From Tubulanus polymorphus (taxonomy: Eukaryota; Animalia; Nemertea): 64,000 nucleotides of DNA. Shown here piece by piece: positions 1 to 12,602 of this stretch (its first letter is position 1; each line of letters opens with the position of its first letter). Under the pieces are notes generated by a model. That model worked only from the letters and a program-made list of their open reading frames with translations, had not been told where the DNA came from and did not search any database. Where the stretch lies: positions 14,314,850 to 14,378,849 of the forward strand of contig NC_134029.1 in assembly GCF_964204645.1 (NCBI RefSeq), given 5' to 3'. The translations under genes and the position numbers were made by a program.

Positions 1-112
1 CTCAACTCCAAAATAGGTAAAAGTAGATCTGCGGGTTGGTTCCAATGTTTTCACTGAGAAAAGTATTAATACGAGCAGATCGATAGAAAGAGGCACGTGA
101 AGTAATTTTCAG

Positions 113-530
113 AAGTCGACAATCCGGCAATCGGCATACAGAAACCTGATATTCGACCATTTCTCGAGTCGACAATCGGTAATCCGCAATCAGAAACCTG
201 ATAGTCGACCATTTCTCGGATCGGCAATCGGCATTCAGAAACCTGATTGTCGACCATTTCTCGAGTCGACAATCGGCAATCTGCAATCAGAACCTGATAG
301 TCGACCATTTCTCGCCTCGACAATCGGCATTCAGAAACCTGATTGTCGACCATTTCTCGAGTCGGCAATCGGCATTCAGAAACCTGATTGTCGACCATTT
401 CTCGAGTCGGCAATCGGCAATAAGAACCTGATAATCGACCATTTCTCGCCTCGACAATCGGTAATCAGAAACCTGATTGTCGACCATTTCTCGAGTCGGC
501 AGTCGGCAATCAGAAACCTGATAGTCGATG
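113..530. repeat. Minisatellite, ~41-48 bp unit (cggcaatcagaaacctgattgtcgaccatttctcgagtcgacaat-like), about 9 degenerate copies
   Basis: The unit recurs directly in the sequence; the repetitive ORFs 2..487 are its translation. Confidence 0.9.
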
Positions 531-567
531 ATCTGGTCATTCTCGTCAACATTTCAGAAAAAGTAAA

Positions 568-710
568 ATGATATAGATGCTGCGATTGTGAGGGTGAAAT
601 AGATGTGATTGTGAGGGTGATATAGATGTTGTGATTGTGAGGGTGATATAGATGCTGTGATTGTGAGGGCGATATAGATGCTGCGATTGTGAGGGCGATA
701 TAGATGCTTC
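568..710. repeat. Minisatellite, ~22-24 bp unit (atatagatgctgcgattgtgagggtg-like), about 6 copies
   Basis: Direct tandem repetition. Confidence 0.9.
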
Positions 711-781
711 GGGTGATTGGTTTCTGATTGCCGATTATCTTCGGTCACGCCACCGGGTGCCTACCTTCAGCAAAACCTACA

Positions 782-3154
782 TTTTTAGGCCAGCCGTAGG
801 CTGAGCCTATTACTATACAAATGGAGCGAATTTAAATGACATGGTTTCCACACAAAAGGCTCTTTTGCTTGCCAAGTGAGGGCATATTCGAACAAATCAC
901 GTATTTAAGCGTAATCCATTCTCGGAATCGTAGCGAGCAGAATTTTGAAATAGGGTCTCATAAAAATGTTTTCTGCATTTTTCACGAAAGTTAAATCGGG
1001 AAAATTTCAATTTTTATCAGCCAATCAGGAAGTTGTGTCTTCCCTGTGATTGGTTTATCTGAAAATATCAGCAGCTGTTCACGTGAATTATCGCGATTTC
1101 ATTACTGGCGCTTTTGCGCATGACGTCATGTATCAACACGCGACAATACTTCCGCGTTCGCTACGTGTTCGCTGATTGGCCCATTTACTGGGAAATTCCA
1201 CAGAAGCCTAATGTGGTTTGTTACAAGCGCTGTGACTGGCATTGCTTTAGCTTAGTGGGTTCGAATCCCTTGACGGGTGAAGATGATGGATCCTATCAAT
1301 ATCTATTGAAACAAATAAGTTTCCCGGTTGGGCAGCCGCGGATATCTACCGGAAGTGTTCCGGTTCGATATTTCGAGGTTTCGAGGAATTTTGGAGTGAT
1401 ATTGAAATCCGGTAAATACCAGCGGTAGATTGTGAAAACCCATTGCATGATATTTGTATTACTTAATCTACGAAAAGCGTCGGGGCCGCGCCAGGAGTTT
1501 TCGTGATTCAAGTAGCGCAATAGCCTACTTCTTCGTGTTCGTCCACCTCAATTTTCATTCCGCCGATCTCTGACACGGCTCTGTCCCCGTCGGCGCTGTG
1601 ATTGCACTTTCGTACCACCAACATTTTTTATTTCTATATCAAGGAGGTCTGGAGAATAAAAAAGTCAAAATTTGGATATCACATAGGCCTGATTTCATCG
1701 AATAAGTCGACCATGGTCGTTACGTTTCCGTACTTATTACCACCTAAAACCGTCTGAACAATTTTGTCACAACCAACATTTCGTTTACAGATATCAGGGT
1801 TCACGTGAACCCGCGGTCGTCTACTGTTTTACTTCCGGGTTTTATTTTAAGATTTAAAATTGTATTTCAAGATCGATTTCTATGAAATCTTTAGTTGATT
1901 TGGTGTTTGGGAGGAATTTTTATTTGCTCTACAGAAAATTCATCCTTGACAATTGCGCATGGTTCGCGAAAAAAATGGTTTTACCAAATCGGGTGTATGA
2001 CCTTGATATGCTAATTAGCCATGTGCCCGAATTGCAAATTCAATCAAATTTTATTCTGCCAAAAAATGTTAAATAGAATTCGCTTTCCGAGAGTTAATGG
2101 TACGCTGCATGGAACAAAGTTGTTGTGAGATGGGTCTTGAAGCTATTGAGGTCGAGAGATAACCATCTAGATAGTTCGTGAGAGTTCCAAAGTTTTGAAG
2201 AGGCTTCAAGGTAATGTCTTGATATTTGGTTTATACGTGTATCTACCCTAGACACATCTTCAGGCCAAAAACTGGCCCTGTCAGATTCAAGATGGCCGAC
2301 TGGCAGCCATTGTTGTTCGCCAAAATCAGCACTTTTTACACATTTTTGAAGTTTTCGAGGGAAATTTTGAAGACACTTTCATCAATAACCTTGATCATTC
2401 GTATATATTTGTTTCCCCCGAGGGCCCATCGGCATGAGAAAAATTGGGTCGATCGGACTCAAGATGGCCGTCCTGTGACCTTTTTTGTTCCCAAAAATGT
2501 CAATTTTGGCCTGAATTCTGAGTACTGTAGCTTTCTAATGGTGTGCCATGTTTCATTGCAATTTGTAATGGGTATTCTTTGGAAAGGGATCTTTTATATC
2601 CGAGAGGGTATTTTTGACCAGGCAATTATGACGCACTTGGCGGCCATCTTGGAGTCATCAGTACTCATTCGTAGGTGGAAAAAAGTTTTTCCACATCATA
2701 ATTGATACTTAAGCATATTTTGCAACTATAATCAATTGGAAAGTTGTAGCTCATGTTCTATGATCGAGGTGAGTTTCAAGCTCATTGGTTTTTGTTTATG
2801 GCCACCAGGAGGCGTTGAACAATACAATAACTTAGTATTTCTATATTACATTCGTACCTTTGCATATTTTGCTACGACAATCAATTGAAAAGTTGTAGCT
2901 CATGACATGGTCTATGATCTTGGTGAGTTTCAAGCTCATTAGTTTTTGTATATGGCCACCAGGGGCGTTGAACAATACAATAACTTAGTATTTCTATATT
3001 ACATTCATTCCTGCTGTCTGTGTTAACACACGATTTTACTATGTAAATGATATTGAGCAGGGAGTGTATATTGATAAATATAACCCACAGATTACATCAT
3101 TTATAAAAAGCAAATCTGACAGGCTGGCCATTGTGCCCCTTGGGGCTCTTGTTT
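782..3154 (+). mobile_element. Non-autonomous Helentron-associated element (HINE/DINE-1-like)
   Basis: 5' end tttttaGGCCAGCC with small hairpin cagcc-gta-ggctg. 3' end GGCTGGCC (subterminal inverted repeat), then hairpin gcccc-tt-ggggc and tcttgttt. T-rich flanks, no coding capacity. Confidence 0.6.
2713..3007. repeat. Tandem duplication of ~150 bp inside the HINE-like element
   Basis: gcatattttgc...tcaattg(g/a)aaagttgtagctcatg...ctatattacattc occurs twice (about 2713-2853 and 2862-3007). Confidence 0.85.
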
Positions 3155-3519
3155 ACAATGTAGAACTTGGGAACACATTTTAGCTATTAAAGCCGTTCGT
3201 AAAACATATCAGATAAGTGCATATATAATATCATGTAAGATCTATTGTCGTATCAAAGATAAAACAAACAAGGCTTTCACTTTGTAATCAACACTCCCAA
3301 AGCATGTTTTTTTCGCAAAAATGAATTCCTTTTCTATACATGTATTTGATCACGGCGAATCTTCGCTCGAATAGATCTTCGATATTTGGGGTGATTTTCT
3401 TTGGCTACGGACCACGCCGAACACAGGTGCCCTCGCAATACCTATGTTTTTTACAATGTAGAATTCTATATGAGTTGGGGAGGGCACTCGCCTCTATTTA
3501 TTCATTAAAACTTAAGACT

Positions 3520-3556
3520 GGCTGTGCGCTTCACCAAGTTTCGACTTTGACATATT
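3520..3556 (+). mobile_element. 3' terminus of a second HINE family (subTIR ctgtgcgctt + stem-loop + acatatt)
   Basis: Near-identical to 63458-63494. ctgtgcgctt is the reverse complement of the 5' motif aagcgcacag at 21988 and 63495. Confidence 0.55.
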
Positions 3557-4785
3557 ATCAAGGGTATATCGTAGGACTCTTGATGCTCGTGAATCATCAT
3601 CCTATATAATAGACGTCCCTTTGATAAACGCGTATATGTGGATTCATTAAAGTGTCTTTTTAACCGAATCTGACTTACTGACAAAGTCAGAAAAAAATGA
3701 CGTCAGAGTACGTCCGGTTTGAAGTTCATGGGGAAATCGGAAGTAGAATTACGTCACGCTAAAATCCGGCAGCGAAGTAACTAAAATCCGGCAACTTTTG
3801 GATCGGGTGATTTCAGAATGTATTTATTTCGTGAAATTTCGACCAAGATTGGATCGTTGAATCGTTTAACAATGAACCGCGTTGATCGATCCTATTCCAG
3901 AGCGATTTCATAAAAAAAAACGCGGCCGGTCCGGCATCGCGCACGGGTTCGAATCCCGGAGAATTACGCTCTAGCGCCCAAGTACCAGCAGTCAACCCCA
4001 GCCACAGCACTGAAATATTTAATTATTTTATCAAATTAAATGACTCTAAAACAGCGATGAGAGTTGCGTTAGACTGAGTCGTACGATTTGCTTAAAATTT
4101 CACGGCAGCGCGGTGGATCGCCGATCGGTCTCGCTCGAGCAGCAGCCCCAACATCGCGGTCGGCAACAACATTTAGTCTCCGCCCCTTCTTTCACCAAAT
4201 AAGGAATTTGGTACCGCTAGCCACGTGCACTGCTTATTTACTTGAGCCGTAGATTCCCGGTACTCGACATTACCGGAGGATTAGAAACAAATTAATATTT
4301 TTCGTAAGAGAAATCAATTTTTGTATTGACATTTGAATTTTTCTGCTGATAATTAATTAATTCGATTCTTTCTGGGAGAAAATAATTTTCCGATTGATGC
4401 GTTTTAACGCGTCTTCCATTTTTCTCCGTAATTAAAAAATTCGTAGTTATCTTATTGTCCTTTTGTTTTCGAATGGTGCTAATTTCTAAATTAACAACCA
4501 GGTCAAAATTCTTCAATCTTGCAAAAAACGAGTCTCAGTCTGACTTCGTCTTCACTTCGAAATGTCGGTTACAGTGGTTTTGCAAAGTGGTTTAAACCAT
4601 CGAATAATTCTAGATACACTAATCTAAATTGAAAAACAGTGCAACGGGTAAGCCAAATTAATATTAATAAATAATTCATTTGGAAATTAGGTCAAGTCTT
4701 TTTTTCTGGCAGAAAATTGAATTTCATTATCTTAAAAGCCCAAATTTTCTATAACCAGAAATGAATCAAACCTAAGATTTGCAGT

Positions 4786-5248
4786 AGTAATAGGGGTAAT
4801 GGGCTTTCAAGCCAAAGGTCGAACGGTCGAGCTCATTAAAAAACAAAACATTAAAAGTAATTTAAAACTATAATATATTTTCATAACCGTGTGTATTCTA
4901 TATTATAACTAAATATTTATTCTAAGATATCAATAATTTAAAAAGCATATTGTATTAGATCAATTGGTCGCTCCACTTCGCTGCCGCTCCGCTCCGCGAC
5001 CAATTGATTTATTTACAATACACAAATTCATATAATCAAATATATTTTAATAATAATTATTATTATATTATTAAACTGAAATACACACGGTTATGAAAAT
5101 ATATTATAGTTTTAAATTACTTTTAATATTTGTTTTTAATGAACTCGACCATTCAACTATTAACCTGAAAGCCCATTACCCCTATTACTCTTAAAATAAT
5201 CATATATATGAATAACATTTAAATTGACAGATTATTCAATATAAAAGT
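4786..5248. repeat. Mav1 left TIR; 4786-5189 is itself an imperfect palindrome
   Basis: Reverse complement of 21226-21633. Starts agtaataggggtaatgggctttca; tgaaagcccattacccctattact recurs ending at 5189. Confidence 0.95.
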
Positions 5249-5395
5249 ATATATTTACAACATTATTTCAATATTCATATTTGTGTGAGTTAGATTTTTA
5301 AACATTAAAAGTGTTAGTAAAGTGTGATTGAAATAATACATGATATAAATCATTGAACTTCTAAAATCAATTAAAAAAAAAAATTTAGTATTAAA

Positions 5396-8300
5396 ATGGA
5401 AGCAAATAAGTACTACTGTCCAACATGTAATATCAATATAGATAAATCCCAAAAAGCAAGACACATTAAAACTAAAACACATTTAGAGAATAAATTGAAA
5501 TTAGAATATGAAGATGATATATTAGAAACTAAATTAGATGAATTAAAGAATGAAAAAGAAACATACAAATGTGATACATGTAATCAATCATTCAGTGATA
5601 AAAGATATTATAATGAACATTTAAAATCTAAAAGTCATATTAGAAATAAGAATAATGATATTTTAGGTGAAGATTATTTTGATAAAGATAGTGATAAGAA
5701 ACAGAAGACAATTAAAAGCATAAAAAATAAATTAAACAATAAAAGACCATACATGGAAGATAAGAAATTATATTAATTCATTAGATAATAAAAAAGATAT
5801 AGAGATAACCGAAGCATTTAAAAGTGATATTGGTCCAGCAGCTATCGAGTTTAGATTTCATAAAGGAAAAACTTTAGAAGAAAATAAAAAACATTTAGAA
5901 AATATGAAAGAAATAATAAAAATAATAACTGATGTTGAATACCGTAAAATAAGTATTTCATCAAAAGTTAAATTCATAAAATCTGAAGATAAACCAATAT
6001 ATAATATAAATTCTCATTCACAACATATTATTTCAAAACAACATATAGATGATAAATTAGATAAATGTTATAATGAAGTAAAAACTAAAATAGAAGAGAA
6101 ATATTTTGAAGGGTCTGGTTTAATATTTGATGAGATAATATTTATGAATTTACATGTTTATAACACAAAATATAATAAGTTAACTAAATCAAAACCAATT
6201 GATGAAAATAATGTATCATATTATAAAGAACCAGATATTGAAGCATCAAGTTATATTAAACTACCATTTAAAACTAATGCTGTAATAAATGTACAAAATG
6301 TAGATGATAAATGTTTTCTATGGGCTATAATAAGTTGTTTACACCCAGTTGAAGATTATAAACAACATAGTTTTAGATTAACTCATTATAAACAATTTGA
6401 AAATAATTATAAGATAGATAAGTATCCTGTTAGAATTAAAAACGTCCCAAAGATAGAAAGAGATAATAATTTAAGAATAAATGTATTTGATTTAATCAAA
6501 TTACCAAATACAAAAGGTAACAATATAAAACATTATACATTAGAACCTTTATATCTATCAAAAGATTATGATTCAAACGATGTTATAGATATACTATATG
6601 ATGAGAATCATTATATGTGGATTAAACAAATCGATTTATTTTTTAAATCAGAAAATGATCACCATAAAATATATCTTTGTAGAAAATGTTTACATACATT
6701 CAGTAATGAAAGTACATTATTAAATCATAAACAATTATGTGAAAATCATGATTATTGTAAATTAGTTTTACCAAATGAAAAAGATAAAATATTAGAATTC
6801 AAAAAATATGATTAGAAAAATAAAGTTTCATTTGTTATATATGGAGATTTTGAATCATTAAATAAAGAACTAACTGATCAAGATAGAAAAGAAATATATT
6901 ATAAAAGAAAGAAATTAAATTCTAATGAAAATGATTTTTCAGATGAACCACCAAAAACAAATACTATTTAAAAGATTCATCAATCAGCTGCAGCTTTCGG
7001 GTTATATATTAAATCTGATTATCCAGAACTAATTGAAAGTGAATGTTATGATTATAGAAATGAAAATGTTATCAATCATTTTTGTGACTTATTAATTGAA
7101 TATGAAATAAGATTTAGTAAATTATTGAATACAAATATAGAAATTATAATGACAGAAGAAGATAAAGAAGAATTTGCGTTTGCAGATAAATGTTATTATT
7201 GTGAAAAGATATTTAATTTTAAAGATAAAAAAGTAAGAGACCATGATCATTTGAACGGAAAGTTTAGAGGCGCTGCACATGAGAATTGTAACTTACAAGC
7301 TAAGAAAATTAATTTTGTACCAGTTATATTTCATAATCTATCAGGATATGATGCACATTTATTCATCAAACAGTTATGTCATAAAATAGAAGAAATTAAT
7401 AATGAAATAGAAAGATTAAATTCAAATAGATCAAAAGATAAAATACCAACTTATAAATTTAGAATGTTAGCTAAAACATCTGAGAATTATATATCATTCC
7501 AATTTGGTTGCCTAAGATTTATAGATTCATATAGATTTTTAAATAGTTCATTAGATAACTTATCAAAATCATTAGTTGATGATGAATTAAAGATATTAAA
7601 ACAACACTATCCAAATAATGATGATTTTAAATTAATGAGATATAAAGGAGCAATTCCATATTCATTTTATAAATCACATAATGACTTTAATATAACTGAA
7701 TTATTGAAAGAACAATTCTATGATGAATTAAAAAATGAATATGTTAAAGATGAAGTCTATAATAGAACATTGAATATTTGGAATCATTTCAAAATAGAAA
7801 ATCATGGGCAATTAGTAGATTTATATCTAAAATCAGATGTATTATTATTAACCGATATATTCGAAAGGTTTAGAGATGTAAACCTAAAATATTTCAATAT
7901 TGATCCTTGTCATTGTTATTCTAGTCCAGGTTTAACATGGGATTGTGGTTTAAAATTTACAGATATAAAAATGGATTTGTTAACAAATATAGATCAATTA
8001 TTATTATTTGAAAAATCTATTAGAGGAGGAGTTTCAGGTGTATTAGGCGATAGATATTTCAATGTAAAGGATAACCCTGGATATAAGTTATTATATATAG
8101 ATGCAAATAATTTGTATGGATGGGCAATGATGGAACCACAAGCTTATGGAGTATTTGAATTAACTGAAGTTTTACAGAATGAAAATAATGATAAATTTGA
8201 TTGGAAGAAAAGAATTCTAGATATTGCAGATGATTCAGATACTGGTTACTTCTTTGTTGTAGATTTAGAATATCCTGAAGATAAAAAATTTAAATCTAGA

Positions 8301-9434
8301 AATCTAGCATACTGTCCCGAACATAAAACTGTAACTCATGAAGAATTATCAAATTATCAAAAAAGAATTGAACCTGAAAATCATATTCATACAGAAAAGT
8401 TAATGGTAACTCAAGAAGATAAATTTAATTATGTAGAACATTATAGAATGTTAAAGTTGTATTTGAATCAAGGAATGATTATAAAAAAAGTACAAAGATA
8501 TATTTCATTCAGCCAATCTAAGTGGTTAGAAAAATATATAGATTTTAACACCAAACAGAGAACTGAAGCTAAAACTGATTTCGAAAAAGATTTCTTCAAG
8601 TTCATGAATAATGCATTCTATGGTAAGACTTGTGAAAATATTAGAAATAGAAATGATATTGAGTTAGTTAGTAATGGTAAAAGGATAAGGCATTTACAAT
8701 CATATCCTAAGTTCATTGGTAACAGAATATTTGATGAAAATTTAGCTGCAGTTAAGATGAGAAGAACATCAATGAAATTTAATAAACCAATCTATGTTGG
8801 CGCTTCAGTTTTAGAATTATCAAAATTACTAATGTATGAATTCTATTATAATGTATAACAACCACTTTTTGGAGAAAAACATATAGAAATATTATATTTT
8901 GATACTGACAGTTACATATTTAAGATAAAAACTGATAACATAACAGATGATTTAAAAACATTAAAACATCATTTTGATTTTAGTAATTATCCTTAAGATC
9001 ATGAATTGTTTAGCAATGATAATAAAAAAGTTCCTGGTAAATTCAAAGATGAATTAGGTGGTGAAGAAATGATAGAGTTCATAGGTATTAGATCTAAAAT
9101 GTATTCATATAAAACTAAAGAACATGAAGCTAAAAAAATAAAAGGAATAACCAAAAGTGTAGTAGAAAAGAATATTCATTTCAAAGATTACATCAATTGT
9201 ATATTCAATGAAGAAGTTAGAAAACATAAGATGAGATGTTTAAGATCTGAAGATCATGAAATGTTTATTGAAGAAATTGAAAAGATAAGTCTAAACCCAT
9301 TTGATGATAAAAGATATATTCTGGATGATGGAATTCATACAGTTGCTTATGGTTGCAATTTAGATGAATACTTAAAATTTAAAAGAGAGGAAACAAAAGA
9401 GAACGAGATAATGAAAAGAGTTCTAACGTGTTAA
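5396..9434 (+). pseudogene. Protein-primed family B DNA polymerase (pPolB) with N-terminal C2H2 fingers, vOTU-like domain and endonuclease VII insert; several premature stops
   Basis: Motifs DDKCFLWA..HYMWI (OTU-like), CYYC..RDHDHLNGKFRGAAHENCN (EndoVII), FHNLSGYD (ExoII), YIDANNLYG (A), KFMNNAFYGKT (B), YFDTDS (C, ~8895), KDELGG..RSKMYS. Split over ORFs 5396, 5904, 7125 and 9006. Confidence 0.95.
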
Positions 9435-9463
9435 TCAAATTTTAATAAAAATATGTTATTAAA

Positions 9464-9817
9464 ATGGAGAGTAAACAAACACACAGTGAGAACAACAAAT
9501 TATTTCTAGATAGAATAAAAGATATCACAAATGTAAAATCTGTAGATTATAAATTCAAAAAGTTAACAGAATTAACAATTCATAAGAAATATCTAATTAC
9601 AAATATTGATACAGTTACTAATAACTATGGAGATAAATTAGTTATACACTTAGAATATGAAGGATTAAAAGGAAATACACATAAATTCAGAACATATTTA
9701 CCGGATAGATTTCATAGATTATCAAGTGAAGATCTAGAAGAATTATGTTCTGGTGATTTCTATTTCGTATACAAAGGTAAGAATGAAAAAGGGCATCATG
9801 AAATAGATTTCGAATAA
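9464..9817 (+). CDS. Conserved Polinton small protein, possibly OB-fold ssDNA-binding
   Basis: Intact 117 aa ORF, near-identical to 39396..39737. Beta-strand pattern YLITNI..T.YGDKLVIHL..FRTYLP.RF; function is inferred. Confidence 0.55.
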   Translation: MESKQTHSENNKLFLDRIKDITNVKSVDYKFKKLTELTIHKKYLITNIDTVTNNYGDKLVIHLEYEGLKGNTHKFRTYLPDRFHRLSSEDLEELCSGDFYFVYKGKNEKGHHEIDFE

Positions 9818-9834
9818 GAAAATATGTAAAATAA

Positions 9835-10588
9835 ATGGTAGAAATAAAAGAATACAGAATATTTGTTGATTCTAGAAAACTTACAAATTATAAATCTCAT
9901 AATTTACTAGTACAATTAGATAGAGAATATAAAAATTGTGTAGATTTAAAATTAGTAAATATAAGTTTATGTAATTCTTTTTATAATATAACGGATAAAA
10001 CTATTGAAGATAATACTTTTTTAATTCATATTGGAAATATAGATAAATGGTTTCATATAATTTTAAAACCAGGATTATATAATTTAGAAACATTAACTCA
10101 AGAAATTAATCGAAGAGCACGGTTGAAAATTAGAAGAGATGATAAATTTTTAATTAGATTTATAAAAAGTGATAGCACAAATAAAATTAAAATAAAGGTA
10201 TATGATGAAAGTCAACATGCATTTATGGTAAAAAAACCATTAGCTAAACTGTTAGGAATTGCACCAGATACTGTTACAGGAAACATAGATGGTAATTCAA
10301 ATACCTTTTACACACTTTTATATTTATTGCAATTTAATTGATCCTACAAAAACATTCGAAGCAACTAAAGATACAATTTGTAATTCTAGTATATTAAATA
10401 TTTTACCATTAAAGAATGTTAAACAATTTGGAACTCAAATAAATTATAATTTAACTGAATGTGATTTTAAACCTTGTATTCCTCAATTTAATAATTTTAA
10501 ATTAGAAATAAGAAATCATAATGGATACTTAATTGATTTGAATAACTTTCCTGTAATTTATGAATTAGTTATAAGATGTAGAGAGTAA
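9835..10588 (+). pseudogene. Minor capsid protein (penton, single jelly roll), frameshifted
   Basis: IFVDSR..NSFYNI..LKPGLYN..L..EIN; second ORF FYIYCNLI..LEIRNHNGYLIDLNNFP. Homologous to 38618..39378 and 54477..55201. Confidence 0.75.
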
Positions 10589-10604
10589 TTTTTTCATTAT
10601 ATAA

Positions 10605-10961
10605 ATGAATATAACTGTTGGGCCGAGCATATGTTTTGGATTTGATTTTAAACGTGAGAAAGAAATGAAATTTAACGTTAATGATGTAATTACACATAAC
10701 AAAAATATTGCATTTTCTAATGAAACAACATTTGAGTATGAAACAACAAAAGATAAAGAAACTTTAAATGTAGAAAAGATTACTAATTTAATTAGAGAAT
10801 CTTTAAGATTTAATGAATTAGATGAAGATTTTATCATCGATGATATTAAAAGAATAATAATTGAAATATATACAAATGAAACTAGTAATGAAATAAATAT
10901 CGAATTAATCATAAATAAGTTAACTAAATATTTTGATGATAGTAATTTTTTTGATAAATAA
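10605..10961 (+). CDS. Hypothetical viral protein
   Basis: Intact ORF with taaATG context; ortholog at 38263..38601. Confidence 0.65.
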   Translation: MNITVGPSICFGFDFKREKEMKFNVNDVITHNKNIAFSNETTFEYETTKDKETLNVEKITNLIRESLRFNELDEDFIIDDIKRIIIEIYTNETSNEINIELIINKLTKYFDDSNFFDK

Positions 10962-11697
10962 ATGAGTGATAATAAGTGGATAATAACTGCTGGATTATAT
11001 AATGGCGCATTACTATCAGTCGGAACTGTTGGTTATTCAATGGTATTAAAAAAAGTATTTAAAATGGGAAGTGTTAATGTTGATAGATTTGATATAAATG
11101 ATATTTTAAAATTAACATTTGCAGTTACTTTATCTAATTTAACTATCAGTGTTGCCACTTCTCCGGATTTCTCCGGAATTCCGGATTTAAAAAAAATCCA
11201 ATTTCATTTCCGGATTTTCGGGAGAAGTCAAATAACCACAAAAGAAAACTTCGCGAAAAAAATAAAATCAATTCGGGATTCGACCCTAAACATCAAAACG
11301 TGACGGCTCCGTAGTGGGTTTGAAAAAGCCGTATTGTGCTGCCGCGTAGTGGCAACAACCCCGCAGTACACGATTAAACCATAGAACATAGTTCTATGAT
11401 TAAACCAAGATGACGCGACGATCGAAATCGACTGACGCTTCGTTTGTTTTTTGGCTCTCTGGTTTATATATGCGGTGCCAATCGCTATTTGAAAAAAAGA
11501 TCTATAGGCGGTAATGAAAGTGAGGCCTATAACGCGTATTGCGCCAGAACGCATCTCCTGGCGTTCTAATTTCAAAAATTTTTTTGGGGGAGGGCCCTCA
11601 GACCCCCGACTTATTTTCCGGATTTTTAGCTTCACATAAGTGGCAACTCTGAACTATTGATTATTTAGAAAAACAAAAATATATTCCTCCCATATAA
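10962..11697 (+). pseudogene. Small hydrophobic viral protein (~74 aa) interrupted by a MITE
   Basis: Matches 38038..38259 on both sides of the 11147-11651 insertion; homolog at 57254..57493. Confidence 0.85.
11147..11651. mobile_element. 505 bp MITE (hAT-like CAG termini) with 6 bp TSD aactat
   Basis: TIR cagtgttgccactt / aagtggcaactctg. aactat at 11141-11146 and 11652-11657. The empty site is visible in Mav2 (~38075). Confidence 0.9.
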
Positions 11698-11721
11698 ATG
11701 CGTAATTATTTTACTAAATAA

Positions 11722-12137
11722 ATGGCTTCTGCAATTATAACTATTATAGGATCGGCAATTGTTTAGCATTTACTGGTGGTGGTTATTTATTTAAGCATAT
11801 TGATAAAAATGGTTCATTAACTGAACAAAAAAGACATAACTTAGCATTAGAGAAATACAATAAAGCAGCAGAAGAATATAGAGAAAAAAGACAAAACTAT
11901 ATGGATTACATCAATAAAGAATTATATGATCAGAAGATTTCACATAGAGATTTTCAATCAGTTGATGATGCAATGAGTTAATATAACGCAGTAACAAATA
12001 AAGAAAAATTACATCTACATAAACCTACAATATCAGATTATTATACCCCAAGTAAAGAACAACAGAAATATGAAATAATATGGATTTTAGGTGGAACAGT
12101 TATTGTTATATTTGTAGCATATAAATTTACTAATTAG
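11722..12137 (+). pseudogene. Conserved membrane-associated viral protein (~140 aa), frameshift and stop
   Basis: DNA homologous to intact 37590..38012 (MASAIITIIG..AFTGG..RHNLALEK) and to 56832..57251. Confidence 0.8.
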
Positions 12138-12151
12138 TTTTTTCTAAATAA

Positions 12152-12586
12152 ATGGAAGATAAAGTTGATAGTATTGATATTATTCCTCATGATATCAGTA
12201 AAACTAAATTAAAAATATATTTAGAAATACAAATATTAGAATTTGAAAGTGACTTAACGATAAAAAAGAAAAAATATTTAAAAAGTAAAATTATATATTA
12301 TTTGATTATAAGTGGTTCGATTACAATTAGTTCTGTAATAACATTTCTAGCAATATTCAGTCCATTAACACCTTTAGCTATATCAATTGGTGTATTAGGA
12401 TTAAGTTCAAGTGTTTTAACCGGTATAAGTTCAGAATTAAATATAAAAAGTAATTAAGAAAAAATTAAAACTAATATAAAAGAAATTAATAAATTGAAAA
12501 ATACACTAGATTATATAATAAGTTTAAATGGTCATATAACAGTTGAAGAACAAGATAAATTATTAAAAGAATTAATAAATTATTAA
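12152..12586 (+). pseudogene. Viral protein with hydrophobic hairpin and coiled coil, premature stop
   Basis: Ortholog of 37136..37569; probable distant homolog of 53445..54056. Confidence 0.7.
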
Positions 12587-12602
12587 TTTTTTAATTATAT
12601 AA

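Noticed and set aside
113-710. Regular repeats resembling a CRISPR array, and the ORFs over them
   Set aside because: Units are contiguous with no unique spacers, there are no cas genes, and the context is eukaryotic; the ORFs are repeat translations.
3940-3965. gggttcgaatccc T-loop/B-box motifs (also ~1258, ~63255, ~63845) as tRNA genes
   Set aside because: No acceptor, D or anticodon stems could be built around them; they lie inside dispersed repeats.
1114-4516. Short ORFs in the left flank as host exons
   Set aside because: They lie in non-autonomous repeat sequence, mostly with non-ATG starts and no recognisable domains.
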